Shown: piece after piece, positions 11,701 to 26,700 of the stretch | How the letters are laid out: each line of letters opens with the position of its first letter | Numbering within the stretch: position 1 is the first letter of the stretch | Assembly: GCF_009914755.1 (NCBI RefSeq) | Contig: NC_060941.1 | DNA length: 64,000 nucleotides | Direction: 5' to 3' (one strand) | Source of the DNA: the human T2T-CHM13v2.0 reference genome, Homo sapiens | Position numbers and translations under genes: made by a program | The notes under the pieces: generated by a model | Seen by the model: the letters and a program-made list of their open reading frames with translations, nothing else | The model's database searches: none | What the model was told of the DNA's origin: nothing

Positions 11701-14700
11701 AACACTCTTTTTCCAGAATCTGCAAGTGGACATTTGGAGGGCTTTGAGGCCTGTGGTGGAAAAGGAATTAACTTCCCTTAAAAGCTAGATAGAAGCATTC
11801 TCAGAAACTACTTTGTGATGATTGCATTCAAGTCACAGAGTTGAACATTCCCTTTGACAGAGCAGTTTGGAAACTCTCTTTCTGTAGAATCTGCAAGTGG
11901 AGATATGGACCGCTTTGAGGCCTATGGTAGTAAAGGAAATAGCTTCATATAAAAGCTAGACAGTAGCATTCACAGAAAACTCTTGGTGACGACTGAGTTT
12001 AACTCACAGAGCTGAACATTCCTTTGGATGGAGCAGTTTCGAAACACACTATTTGTAGAATGTGCAAGTGGATATTTGGGCCTCTCTGAGGATTTCGTTG
12101 GAAACGGGATAAACCGCACAGAACTAAACAGAAGCATTCTCAGAACCTTCTTCGTGATGTTTGCATTCAACTCACAGTGTTGAACCTTTCTTTGATAGTT
12201 CAGGTTTGAAACGGTCTTTCTGTAGAAACTGCAAGTAGATATTTGGACCTCTCTGAGGATTTCGTTGGAAACGGGATAAACCGCACAGAACTAAAACAGA
12301 AGCATTCTCAGAAGCCTCTTCGTGATGTTTGCATTCAACTCACAGTGCTGAACCTTTCTTTGATAGTTCAGCTTTGAAACACTCTTCTTGTAGAAACTGC
12401 AAGTGGATATTTGGTCCTCTCTGAGGATTTCGTTGGAAACGGGATAAACCGCACAGAACTAAACAGAAGCATTCTCAGAACCTTCTTCGTGATGTCTGCA
12501 TTCAACTCACAGTGTGGAACCTTTCTTTGATAGTTCAGGTTTGAAACACTCTTTTTGTAGAAACTGCAAGGGGATAATTGCACTTCTTTGAGGCCTACCG
12601 TAGTAAAGGAAATAACTTCCTATAGAAAGAAGACAGAAGCTTTCTCAGAAAATTCTTTGGGATGATTGAGTGGAACTCACAGAGCTGAACATTCCTTGCG
12701 ATGTAGCAGTTTAGAAACACACTTTCTGCAGAATCTGCAAGTGCATATTTGGACCTCTCCGAGGAATTCGTTGGAAACGGGATAATTTCAGCTGACTAAA
12801 CAGAAGCAGTCTCAGAATCTTCTTTGTGATGTTTGCATTCAAATCCCAGAGTTGAACTTTCCTTTCAAAGTTCACGTTTGAAACACTCTTTTTGCAGGAT
12901 CTACAAGTGGATATTTGGACCACTCTGTGTCCTTCGTTCGAAACGGGTATATCTTCACATGGCATCTAGACAGAAGCATTCTCAGAAGCTTCTCTGTGAT
13001 GACTGCATTCAACTCACGGAGTTGAACACTCCTTTTGAGAGCGCAGTTTTGAAACTCTCTTTCTGTGGCATCTGCAAGGGGACATGTAGACCTCTTTGAA
13101 GATTTCGTTGGAAACGGAATCATCTTCACATAAAAACTATACAGATGCATTCTCAGGAACTTTTTGGTGATGTTTGTATTCAACTCCCAGAGTTGAACTT
13201 TCCTTTGGAAAGAGCAGCTATGAAACACTCTTTTTCTAGAATCTGCAAGTGGACGTTTGGAGGGCTTTGTGGTTTGTGGTGGAAAAGGAAATATCTTCAC
13301 CTAAATACTAGATAGAAGCATTCTCAGAAACTGCTTTGTGATGATTGCATTCACCTCACAGAGTTGAACATTCCTATTGATAGAGCAGTTTGGAAACACT
13401 CTTGTTGTGGAATGTGCAAGTGGAGATTTGGAGCGCTTTGAGGCCTATGGTAGTAAAGGGAATAGCTTCATAGAAAAACTAGACAGAAGCATTCTCAGAA
13501 AATACTTTGTGATGATTGAGTTTAACTCACAGAGCTGAACATTCCTTTGGATGGAGCAGGTTTGAGACACACTTTTTGTAGAATCTACAAGTGGATATTT
13601 GGACCTCTCTGAGGATTTCGTTGGAAACGCGATAACTGCACCTAACTAAACGGAAGCATTCTCAGAAACTTCTTGGTGATGTTTGCATTCAAATCCCAGA
13701 GTTGAACCTTCCTGTGATAGTTCAGGTTTGAAACACTCTTTTTGTAGGATCTGCAAGTGGATATTTGGACCACTCTGTGGCCTTCGTTCGAAACGGGTAC
13801 ATCTTCACATAAAATCTAGACAGAAGCCTTCTCAGAAACTTCTCTGTGATGATTGCATTCAACTCACAGATTTGAACCCTCCTATGGATAGAGCAGTGTT
13901 GAAACTCTCTTTTTGTGGAATCTGCAAGTGGATATGTGGACCTCTCCGAAGATGTCTTTGGAAACGGGAATATCTTCACATAAAAACTAAACAGAAGCAT
14001 TCTCAGAAACTTCTCTGTGATGTTTGTGTTCAACTCCCAGAGTTTCACATTGCTTTTCATAGAGTAGTTCTGAAACATGCTTTTCGTAGTGTCTGCAAGT
14101 GGACATTTGGAGCGCTTTCAGGCCTGTGGTGGAAAACGAATTATGGTCCCATAAAAACTGGAGAGAAGCATTGTCAGAAACTTCTTTGTGATGATTGCAT
14201 TCAACTCACAGAGATGAAGGTTCCTTTACAAACAGCAGTTTCCAAACACTCTTTCTGTGGAATCTGCAAGTGGATATTTGGACCTCTTTGAAGATTTCGT
14301 TGGAAACGGGAGAATCTTCACAGAAAAGCGAAACAGAAGCATTCTCAGAAACTTCTTTGTGATGCTTGCATTCAACTCACAGAGTTGAACTTTCCTTTCG
14401 AGAGAGAAGCTTTGAAACACTCTTTTTCCAGAATCTGCAAGTGGACATTTGGAGGGCTTTGAGGCCTGTGGTGGAAAAGGAATTAACTTCCCGTAAAAGC
14501 TAGATAGAAGCATTCTCAGAAACTACTTTGTGATGATTGCATTCAAGTCACAGAGTTGAACATTCCCTTTGACAGAGCAGTTTGGAAACTCTCTTTGTGT
14601 AGAATCTGCAAGTGGAGATATGGACCGCTTTGAGGCCTATGGTAGTAAAGGAAATAGCTTCATATAAAAGCTAGACAGTAGCATTCACAGAAAACTCTTG

Positions 14701-17700
14701 GTGACGACTGAGTTTAACTCACAGAGCTGAACATTCCTTTGGATGGAGCAGTTTCGAAACACACTATTTGTAGAATGTGCAAGTGGATATTTGGGCCTCT
14801 CTGAGGATTTCGTTGGAAACGGGATAAACCGCACAGAACTAAACAGAAGCATTCTCAGAACCTTCTTCGTGATGTTTGCATTCAACTCACAGTGTTGAAC
14901 CTTTCTTTGATAGTTCAGGTTTGAAACGGTCTTTCTGTAGAAACTGCAAGTAGATATTTGGACCTCTCTGAGGATTTCGTTGGAAACGGGATAAACCGCA
15001 CAGAACTAAAACAGAAGCATTCTCAGAACCCTCTTCGTGATGTTTGCATTCAACTCACAGTGCTGAACCTTTCTTTGATAGTTCAGCTTTGAAACACTCT
15101 TCTTGTAGAAACTGCAAGTGGATATTTGGTCCTCTCTGAGGATTTCGTTGGAAACGGGATAAACCGCACAGAACTAAACAGAAGCATTCTCAGAACCTTC
15201 TTCGTGATGTCTGCATTCAACTCACAGTGTGGAACCTTTCTTTGATAGTTCAGGTTTGAAACACTCTTTTTGTAGAAACTGCAAGGGGATAATTGCACTT
15301 CTTTGAGGCCTACCGTAGTAAAGGAAATAACTTCCTATAGAAAGAAGACAGAAGCTTTCTCAGAAAATTCTTTGGGATGATTGAGTGGAACTCACAGAGC
15401 TGAACATTCCTTGCGATGTAGCAGTTTAGAAACACACTTTCTGCAGAATCTGCAAGTGCATATTTGGACCTCTCCGAGGAATTCGTTGGAAACGGGATAA
15501 TTTCAGCTGACTAAACAGAAGCAGTCTCAGAATCTTCTTTGTGATGTTTGCATTCAAATCCCAGAGTTGAACTTTCCTTTCAAAGTTCACGTTTGAAACA
15601 CTCTTTTTGCAGGATCTACAAGTGGATATTTGGACCACTCTGTGTCCTTCGTTCGAAACGGGTATATCTTCACATGGCATCTAGACAGAAGCATTCTCAG
15701 AAGCTTCTCTGTGATGACTGCATTCAACTCACGGAGTTGAACACTCCTTTTGAGAGCGCAGTTTTGAAACTCTCTTTCTGTGGCATCTGCAAGGGGACAT
15801 GTAGACCTCTTTGAAGATTTCGTTGGAAACGGAATCATCTTCACATAAAAACTATACAGATGCATTCTCAGGAACTTTTTGGTGATGTTTGTATTCAACT
15901 CCCAGAGTTGAACTTTCCTTTGGAAAGAGCAGCTATGAAACACTCTTTTTCTAGAATCTGCAAGTGGACGTTTGGAGGGCTTTGTGGTTTGTGGTGGAAA
16001 AGGAAATATCTTCACCTAAATACTAGATAGAAGCATTCTCAGAAACTGCTTTGTGATGATTGCATTCACCTCACAGAGTTGAACATTCCTATTGATAGAG
16101 CAGTTTGGAAACACTCTTGTTGTGGAATGTGCAAGTGGAGATTTGGAGCGCTTTGAGGCCTATGGTAGTAAAGGGAATAGCTTCATAGAAAAACTAGACA
16201 GAAGCATTCTCAGAAAATACTTTGTGATGATTGAGTTTAACTCACAGAGCTGAACATTCCTTTGGATGGAGCAGGTTTGAGACACACTTTTTGTAGAATC
16301 TACAAGTGGATATTTGGACCTCTCTGAGGATTTCGTTGGAAACGCGATAACTGCACCTAACTAAACGGAAGCATTCTCAGAAACTTCTTGGTGATGTTTG
16401 CATTCAAATCCCAGAGTTGAACCTTCCTGTGATAGTTCAGGTTTGAAACACTCTTTTTGTAGGATCTGCAAGTGGATATTTGGACCACTCTGTGGCCTTC
16501 GTTCGAAACGGGTACATCTTCACATAAAATCTAGACAGAAGCCTTCTCAGAAACTTCTCTGTGATGATTGCATTCAACTCACAGATTTGAACCCTCCTAT
16601 GGATAGAGCATTGTTGAAACTCTCTTTTTGTGGAATCTGCAAGTGGATATGTGGAGCTCTCCGAAGATGTCTTTGGAAACGGGAATATCTTCACATAAAA
16701 ACTAAACAGAAGCATTCTCAGAAACTTCTCTGTGATGTTTGTGTTCAACTCCCAGAGTTTCACATTGCTTTTCATAGAGTAGTTCTGAAACATGCTTTTC
16801 GTAGTGTCTGCAAGTGGACATTTGGAGCGCTTTCAGGCCTGTGGTGGAAAACGAATTATGGTCCCATAAAAACTGGAGAGAAGCATTGTCAGAAACTTCT
16901 TTGTGATGATTGCATTCAACTCACAGAGATGAAGGTTCCTTTACAAACAGCAGTTTCCAAACACTCTTTCTGTGGAATCTGCAAGTGGATATTTGGACCT
17001 CTTTGAAGATTTCGTTGGAAACGGGAGAATCTTCACAGAAAAGCGAAACAGAAGCATTCTCAGAAACTTCTTTGTGATGCTTGCATTCAACTCACAGAGT
17101 TGAACTTTCCTTTCGAGAGAGAAGCTTTGAAACACTCTTTTTCCAGAATCTGCAAGTGGACATTTGGAGGGCTTTGAGGCCTGTGGTGGAAAAGGAATTA
17201 ACTTCCCGTAAAAGCTAGATAGAAGCATTCTCAGAAACTACTTTGTGATGATTGCATTCAAGTCACAGAGTTGAACATTCCCTTTGACAGAGCAGTTTGG
17301 AAACTCTCTTTGTGTAGAATCTGCAAGTGGAGATATGGACCGCTTTGAGGCCTATGGTAGTAAAGGAAATAGCTTCATATAAAAGCTAGACAGTAGCATT
17401 CACAGAAAACTCTTGGTGACGACTGAGTTTAACTCACAGAGCTGAACATTCCTTTGGATGGAGCAGTTTCGAAACACACTATTTGTAGAATGTGCAAGTG
17501 GATATTTGGGCCTCTCTGAGGATTTCGTTGGAAACGGGATAAACCGCACAGAACTAAACAGAAGCATTCTCAGAACCTTCTTCGTGATGTTTGCATTCAA
17601 CTCACAGTGTTGAACCTTTCTTTGATAGTTCAGGTTTGAAACGGTCTTTCTGTAGAAACTGCAAGTAGATATTTGGACCTCTCTGAGGATTTCGTTGGAA

Positions 17701-20700
17701 ACGGGATAAACCGCACAGAACTAAAACAGAAGCATTCTCAGAACCCTCTTCGTGATGTTTGCATTCAACTCACAGTGCTGAACCTTTCTTTGATAGTTCA
17801 GCTTTGAAACACTCTTCTTGTAGAAACTGCAAGTGGATATTTGGTCCTCTCTGAGGATTTCGTTGGAAACGGGATAAACCGCACAGAACTAAACAGAAGC
17901 ATTCTCAGAACCTTCTTCGTGATGTCTGCATTCAACTCACAGTGTGGAACCTTTCTTTGATAGTTCAGGTTTGAAACACTCTTTTTGTAGAAACTGCAAG
18001 GGGATAATGGCACTTCTTTGAGGCCTACCGTAGTAAAGGAAATAACTTCCTATAGAAAGAAGACAGAAGCTTTCTCAGAAAATTCTTTGGGATGATTGAG
18101 TGGAACTCACAGAGCTGAACATTCCTTGCGATGTAGCAGTTTAGAATCACACTTTCTGCAGAATCTGCAAGTGCATATTTGGACCTCTCTGAGGAATTCG
18201 TTGGAAACGGGATAATTTCAGCTGACTAAACAGAAGCAGTCTCAGAATCTTCTTTGTGATGTTTGCATTCAAATCCCAGAGTTGAACTTTCCTTTCAAAG
18301 TTCACGTTTGAAACACTCTTTTTGCAGGATCTACAAGTGGATATTTGGACCACTCTGTGTCCTTCGTTCGAAACGGGTATATCTTCACATGACATCTAGA
18401 CAGAAGCATTCTCAGAAGCTTCTCTGTGATGACTGCATTCAACTCACGGAGTTGAACACTCCTTTTGAGAGCGCAGTTTTGAAACTCTCTTTCTGTGGCA
18501 TCTGCAAGGGGACATGTTGACCTCTTTGAAGATTTCGTTGGAAACGGAATCATCTTCACATAAAAACTATACAGATGCATTCTCAGGAACTTTTTGGTGA
18601 TGTTTGTATTCAACTCCCAGAGTTGAACTTTCCTTTGGAAAGAGCAGCTATGAAACACTCTTTTTCTAGAATCTGCAAGTGGACGTTTGGAGGGCTTTGT
18701 GGTTTGTGGTGGAAAAGGAAATATCTTCACCTAAATACTAGATAGAAGCATTCTCAGAAACTGCTTTGTGATGATTGCATTCACCTCACAGAGTTGAACA
18801 TTCCTATTGATAGAGCAGTTTGGAAACACTCTTGTTGTGGAATGTGCAAGTGGAGATTTGGAGCGCTTTGAGGCCTATGGTAGTAAAGGGAATAGCTTCA
18901 TAGAAAAACTAGACAGAAGCATTCTCAGAAAATACTTTGTGATGATTGAGTTTAACTCACAGAGCTGAACATTCCTTTGGATGGAGCAGGTTTGAGACAC
19001 ACTTTTTGTAGAATCTACAAGTGGATATTTGGACCTCTCTGAGGATTTCGTTGGAAACGCGATAACTGCACCTAACTAAACGGAAGCATTCTCAGAAACT
19101 TCTTGGTGATGTTTGCATTCAAATCCCAGAGTTGAACCTTCCTGTGATAGTTCAGGTTTGAAACACTCTTTTTGTAGGATCTGCAAGTGGATATTTGGAC
19201 CACTCTGTGGCCTTCGTTCGAAACGGGTACATCTTCACATAAAATCTAGACAGAAGCCTTCTCAGAAACTTCTCTGTGATGATTGCATTCAACTCACAGA
19301 TTTGAACCCTCCTATGGATAGAGCATTGTTGAAACTCTCTTTTTGTGGAATCTGCAAGTGGATATGTGGAGCTCTCCGAAGATGTCTTTGGAAACGGGAA
19401 TATCTTCACATAAAAACTAAACAGAAGCATTCTCAGAAACTTCTCTGTGATGTTTGTGTTCAACTCCCAGAGTTTCACATTGCTTTTCATAGAGTAGTTC
19501 TGAAACATGCTTTTCGTAGTGTCTGCAAGTGGACATTTGGAGTGCTTTCAGGCCTGTGGTGGAAAACGAATTATGGTCCCATAAAAACTGGAGAGAAGCA
19601 TTGTCAGAAACTTCTTTGTGATGATTGCATTCAACTCACAGAGATGAAGGTTCCTTTACAAACAGCAGTTTCCAAACACTCTTTCTGTGGAATCTGCAAG
19701 TGGATATTTGGACCTCTTTGAAGATTTCGTTGGAAACGGGAGAATCTTCACAGAAAAGCTAAACAGAAGCATTCTCAGAAACTTCTTTGTGATGCTTGCA
19801 TTCAACTCACAGAGTTGAACTTTCCTTTCGAGAGAGAAGCTTTGAAACACTCTTTTTCCAGAATCTGCAAGTGGACATTTGGAGGGCTTTGAGGCCTGTG
19901 GTGGAAAAGGAATTAACTTCCCGTAAAAGCTAGATAGAAGCATTCTCAGAAACTACTTTGTGATGATTGCATTCAAGTCACAGAGTTGAACATTCCCTTT
20001 GACAGAGCAGTTTGGAAACTCTCTTTGTGTAGAATCTGCAAGTGGAGATATGGACCGCTTTGAGGCCTATGGTAGTAAAGGAAATAGCTTCATATAAAAG
20101 CTAGACAGTAGCATTCACAGAAAACTCTTGGTGACGACTGAGTTTAACTCACAGAGCTGAACATTCCTTTGGATGGAGCAGTTTCGAAACACACTATTTG
20201 TAGAATGTGCAAGTGGATATTTGGGCCTCTCTGAGGATTTCGTTGGAAACGGGATAAACCGCACAGAACTAAACAGAAGCATTCTCAGAACCTTCTTCGT
20301 GATGTTTGCATTCAACTCACAGTGTTGAACCTTTCTTTGATAGTTCAGGTTTGAAACGGTCTTTCTGTAGAAACTGCAAGTAGATATTTGGACCTCTCTG
20401 AGGATTTCGTTGGAAACGGGATAAACCGCACAGAACTAAAACAGAAGCATTCTCAGAACCCTCTTCGTGATGTTTGCATTCAACTCACAGTGCTGAACCT
20501 TTCTTTGATAGTTCAGCTTTGAAACACTCTTCTTGTAGAAACTGCAAGTGGATATTTGGTCCTCTCTGAGGATTTCGTTGGAAACGGGATAAACCGCACA
20601 GAACTAAACAGAAGCATTCTCAGAACCTTCTTCGTGATGTCTGCATTCAACTCACAGTGTGGAACCTTTCTTTGATAGTTCAGGTTTGAAACACTCTTTT

Positions 20701-23700
20701 TGTAGAAACTGCAAGGGGATAATTGCACTTCTTTGAGGCCTACCGTAGTAAAGGAAATAACTTCCTATAGAAAGAAGACAGAAGCTTTCTCAGAAAATCC
20801 TTTGGGATGATTGAGTGGAACTCACAGAGCTGAACATTCCTTGCGATGTAGCAGTTTAGAAACACACTTTCTGCAGAATCTGCAAGTGCATATTTGGACC
20901 TCTCTGAGGAATTCGTTGGAAACGGGATAATTTCAGCTGACTAAACAGAAGCAGTCTCAGAATCTTCTTTGTGATGTTTGCATTCAAATCCCAGAGTTGA
21001 ACTTCCCTTTCAAAGTTCACGTTTGAAACACTCTTTTTGCAGGATCTACAAGTGGATATTTGGACCACTCTGTGTCCTTCGTTCGAAACGGGTATATCTT
21101 CACATGACATCTAGACAGAAGCATTCTCAGAAGCTTCTCTGTGATGACTGCATTCAACTCACGGAGTTGAACACTCCTTTTGAGAGCGCAGTTTTGAAAC
21201 TCTCTTTCTGTGGCATCTGCAAGGGGACATGTAGACCTCTTTGAAGATTTCGTTGGAAACGGAATCATCTTCACATAAAAACTATACAGATGCATTCTCA
21301 GGAACTTTTTGGTGATGTTTGTATTCAACTCCCAGAGTTGAACTTTCCTTTGGAAAGAGCAGCTATGAAACACTCTTTTTCTAGAATCTGCAAGTGGACG
21401 TTTGGAGGGCTTTGTGGTTTGTGGTGGAAAAGGAAATATCTTCACCTAAATACTAGATAGAAGCATTCTCAGAAACTGCTTTGTGATGATTGCATTCACC
21501 TCACAGAGTTGAACATTCCTATTGATAGAGCAGTTTGGAAACACTCTTGTTGTGGAATGTGCAAGTGGAGATTTGGAGCGCTTTGAGGCCTATGGTAGTA
21601 AAGGGAATAGCTTCATAGAAAAACTAGACAGAAGCATTCTCAGAAAATACTTTGTGATGATTGAGTTTAACTCACAGAGCTGAACATTCCTTTGGATGGA
21701 GCAGGTTTGAGACACACTTTTTGTAGAATCTACAAGTGGATATTTGGACCTCTCTGAGGATTTCGTTGGAAACGCGATAACTGCACCTAACTAAACGGAA
21801 GCATTCTCAGAAACTTCTTGGTGATGTTTGCATTCAAATCCCAGAGTTGAACCTTCCTGTGATAGTTCAGGTTTGAAACACTCTTTTTGTAGGATCTGCA
21901 AGTGGATATTTGGACCACTCTGTGGCCTTCGTTCGAAACGGGTACATCTTCACATAAAATCTAGACAGAAGACTTCTCAGAAACTTCTCTGTGATGATTG
22001 CATTCAACTCACAGATTTGAACCCTCCTATGGATAGAGCATTGTTGAAACTCTCTTTTTGTGGAATCTGCAAGTGGATATGTGGACCTCTCCGAAGATGT
22101 CTTTGGAAACGGGAATATCTTCACATAAAAACTAAACAGAAGCATTCTCAGAAACTTCTCTGTGATGTTTGTGTTCAACTCCCAGAGTTTCACATTGCTT
22201 TTCATAGAGTAGTTCTGAAACATGCTTTTCGTAGTGTCTGCAAGTGGACATTTGGAGCGCTTTCAGGCCTGTGGTGGAAAACGAATTATGGTCCCATAAA
22301 AACTGGAGAGAAGCATTGTCAGAAACTTCTTTGTGATGATTGCATTCAACTCACAGAGATGAAGGTTCCTTTACAAACAGCAGTTTCCAAACACTCTTTC
22401 TGTGGAATCTGCAAGTGGATATTTGGACCTCTTTGAAGATTTCGTTGGAAACGGGAGAATCTTCACAGAAAAGCTAAACAGAAGCATTCTCAGAAACTTC
22501 TTTGTGATGCTTGCATTCAACTCACAGAGTTGAACTTTCCTTTCGAGAGAGAAGCTTTGAAACACTCTTTTTCCAGAATCTGCAAGTGGACATTTGGAGG
22601 GCTTTGAGGCCTGTGGTGGAAAAGGAATTATCTTCCCGTAAAAGCTAGATAGAAGCATTCTCAGAAACTACTTTGTGATGATTGCATTCAAGTCACAGAG
22701 TTGAACATTCCCTTTGACAGAGCAGTTTGGAAACTCTCTTTGTGTAGAATCTGCAAGTGGAGATATGGACCGCTTTGAGGCCTATGGTAGTAAAGGAAAT
22801 AGCTTCATATAAAAGCTAGACAGTAGCATTCACAGAAAACTCTTGGTGACGACTGAGTTTAACTCACAGAGCTGAACATTCCTTTGGATGGAGCAGTTTC
22901 GAAACACACTATTTGTAGAATGTGCAAGTGGATATTTGGGCCTCTCTGAGGATTTCGTTGGAAACGGGATAAACCGCACAGAACTAAACAGAAGCATTCT
23001 CAGAACCTTCTTCGTGATGTTTGCATTCAACTCACAGTGTTGAACCTTTCTTTGATAGTTCAGGTTTGAAACGGTCTTTCTGTAGAAACTGCAAGTAGGT
23101 ATTTGGACCTCTCTGAGGATTTCGTTGGAAACGGGATAAACCGCACAGAACTAAAACAGAAGCATTCTCAGAACCCTCTTCGTGATGTTTGCATTCAACT
23201 CACAGTGCTGAACCTTTCTTTGATAGTTCAGCTTTGAAACACTCTTCTTGTAGAAACTGCAAGTGGATATTTGGTCCTCTCTGAGGATTTCGTTGGAAAC
23301 GGGATAAACCGCACAGAACTAAACAGAAGCATTCTCAGAACCTTCTTCGTGATGTCTGCATTCAACTCACAGTGTGGAACCTTTCTTTGATAGTTCAGGT
23401 TTGAAACACTCTTTTTGTAGAAACTGCAAGGGGATAATGGCACTTCTTTGATGCCTACCGTAGTAAAGGAAATAACTTCCTATAGAAAGAAGACAGAAGC
23501 TTTCTCAGAAAATTCTTTGGGATGATTGAGTGGAACTCACAGAGCTGAACATTCCTTGCGATGTAGCAGTTTAGAAACACACTTTCTGCAGAATCTGCAA
23601 GTGCATATTTGGACCTCTCTGAGGAATTCGTTGGAAACGGGATAATTTCAGCTGACTAAACAGAAGCAGTCTCAGAATCTTCTTTGTGATGTTTGCATTC

Positions 23701-26700
23701 AAATCCCAGAGTTGAACTTTCCTTTCAAAGTTCACGTTTGAAGCACTCTTTTTGCAGGATCTACAAGTGGATATTTGGACCACTCTGTGTCCTTCGTTCG
23801 AAACGGGTATATCTTCACATGACATCTAGACAGAAGCATTCTCAGAAGCTTCTCTGTGATGACTGCATTCAACTCACGGAGTTGAACACTCCTTTTGAGA
23901 GCGCAGTTTTGAAACTCTCTTTCTGTGGCATCTGCAAGGGGACATGTAGACCTCTTTGAAGATTTCGTTGGAAACGGAATCATCTTCGCATAAAAACTAT
24001 ACAGATGCATTCTCAGGAACTTTTTGGTGATGTTTGTATTCAACTCCCAGAGTTGAACTTTCCTTTGGAAAGAGCAGCTATGAAACACTCTTTTTCTAGA
24101 ATCTGCAAGTGGACGTTTGGAGGGCTTTGTGGTTTGTGGTGGAAAAGGAAATATCTTCACCTAAATACTAGATAGAAGCATTCTCAGAAACTGCTTTTTG
24201 ATGATTGCATTCACCTCACAGAGTTGAACATTCCTATTGATAGAGCAGTTTGGAAACACTCTTGTTGTGGAATGTGCAAGTGGAGATTTGGAGCGCTTTG
24301 AGGCCTATGGTAGTAAAGGGAATAGCTTCATAGAAAAACTAGACAGAAGCATTCTCAGAAAATACTTTGTGATGATTGAGTTTAACTCACAGAGCTGAAC
24401 ATTCCTTTGGATGGAGCAGGTTTGAGACACACTTTTTGTAGAATCTACAAGTGGATATTTGGACCTCTCTGAGGATTTCGTTGGAAACGCGATAACTGCA
24501 CCTAACTAAACGGAAGCATTCTCAGAAACTTCTTGGTGATGTTTGCATTCAAATCCCAGAGTTGAACCTTCCTGTGATAGTTCAGGTTTGAAACACTCTT
24601 TTTGTAGGATCTGCAAGTGGATATTTGGACCACTCTGTGGCCTTCGTTCGAAACGGGTACATCTTCACATAAAATCTAGACAGAAGCCTTCTCAGAAACT
24701 TCTCTGTGATGATTGCATTCAACTCACAGATTTGAACCGTCCTATGGATAGAGCATTCTTGAAACTCTCTTTTTGTGGAATCTGCAAGTGGATATGTGGA
24801 CCTCTCCGAAGATGTCTTTGGAAACGGGAATATCTTCACATAAAAACTAAACAGAAGCATTCTCAGAAACTTCTCTGTGATGTTTGTGTTCAACTCCCAG
24901 AGTTTCACATTGCTTTTCATAGAGTAGTTCTGAAACATGCTTTTCGTAGTGTCTGCAAGTGGACATTTGGAGCGCTTTCAGGCCTGTGGTGGAAAACGAA
25001 TTATGGTCCCATAAAAACTGGAGAGAAGCATTGTCAGAAACTTCTTTGTGATGATTGCATTCAACTCACAGAGATGAAGGTTCCTTTACAAACAGCAATT
25101 TCCAAACACTCTTTCTGTGGAATCTGCAAGTGGATATTTGGACCTCTTTGAAGATTTCGTTGGAAACGGGAGAATCTTCACAGAAAAGCTAAACAGAAGC
25201 ATTCTCAGAAACTTCTTTGTGATGCTTGCATTCAACTCACAGAGTTGAACTTTCCTTTCGAGAGAGAAGCTTTGAAACACTCTTTTTCCAGAATCTGCAA
25301 GTGGACATTTGGAGGGCTTTGAGGCCTGTGGTGGAAAAGGAATTAACTTCCCATAAAAGCTAGATAGAAGCATTCTCAGAAACTACTTTGTGATGATTGC
25401 ATTCAAGTCACAGAGTTGAACATTCCCTTTGACAGAGCAGTTTGGAAACTCTCTTTGTGTAGAATCTGCAAGTGGAGATATGGACCGCTTTGAGGCCTAT
25501 GGTAGTAAAGGAAATAGCTTCATATAAAAGCTAGACAGTAGCATTCACAGAAAACTCTTGGTGACGACTGAGTTTAACTCACAGAGCTGAACATTCCTTT
25601 GGATGGAGCAGTTTCGAAACACACTATTTGTAGAATGTGCAAGTGGATATTTGGGCCTCTCTGAGGATTTCGTTGGAAACGGGATAAACCGCACAGAACT
25701 AAACAGAAGCATTCTCAGAACCTTCTTCGTGATGTTTGCATTCAACTCACAGTGTTGAACCTTTCTTTGATAGTTCAGGTTTGAAACGGTCTTTCTGTAG
25801 AAACTGCAAGTAGATATTTGGACCTCTCTGAGGATTTCGTTGGAAACGGGATAAACCGCACAGAACTAAAACAGAAGCATTCTCAGAACCCTCTTCGTGA
25901 TGTTTGCATTCAACTCACAGTGCTGAACCTTTCTTTGATAGTTCAGCTTTGAAACACTCTTCTTGTAGAAACTGCAAGTGGATATTTGGTCCTCTCTGAG
26001 GATTTCGTTGGAAACGGGATAAACCGCACAGAACTAAACAGAAGCATTCTCAGAACCTTCTTCGTGATGTCTGCATTCAACTCACAGTGTGGAACCTTTC
26101 TTTGATAGTTCAGGTTTGAAACACTCTTTTTGTAGAAACTGCAAGGGGATAATTGCACTTCTTTGAGGCCTACCGTAGTAAAGGAAATAACTTCCTATAG
26201 AAAGAAGACAGAAGCTTTCTCAGAAAATTCTTTGGGATGATTGAGTGGAACTCACAGAGCTGAACATTCCTTGCGATGTAGCAGTTTAGAAACACACTTT
26301 CTGCAGAATCTGCAAGTGCATATTTGGACCTCTCTGAGGAATTCGTTGGAAACGGGATAATTTCAGCTGACTAAACAGAAGCAGTCTCAGAATCTTCTTT
26401 GTGATGTTTGCATTCAAATCCCAGAGTTGAACTTCCCTTTCAAAGTTCACGTTTGAAACACTCTTTTTGCAGGTTCTACAAGTGGATATTTGGACCACTC
26501 TGTGTCCTTCGTTCGAAACGGGTATATCTTCACATGACATCTAGACAGAAGCATTCTCAGAAGCTTCTCTGTGATGACTGCATTCAACTCACGGAGTTGA
26601 ACACTCCTTTTGAGAGCGCAGTTTTGAAACTCTCTTTCTGTGGCATCTGCAAGGGGACATGTAGAACTCTTTGAAGATTTCGTTGGAAACGGAATCATCT

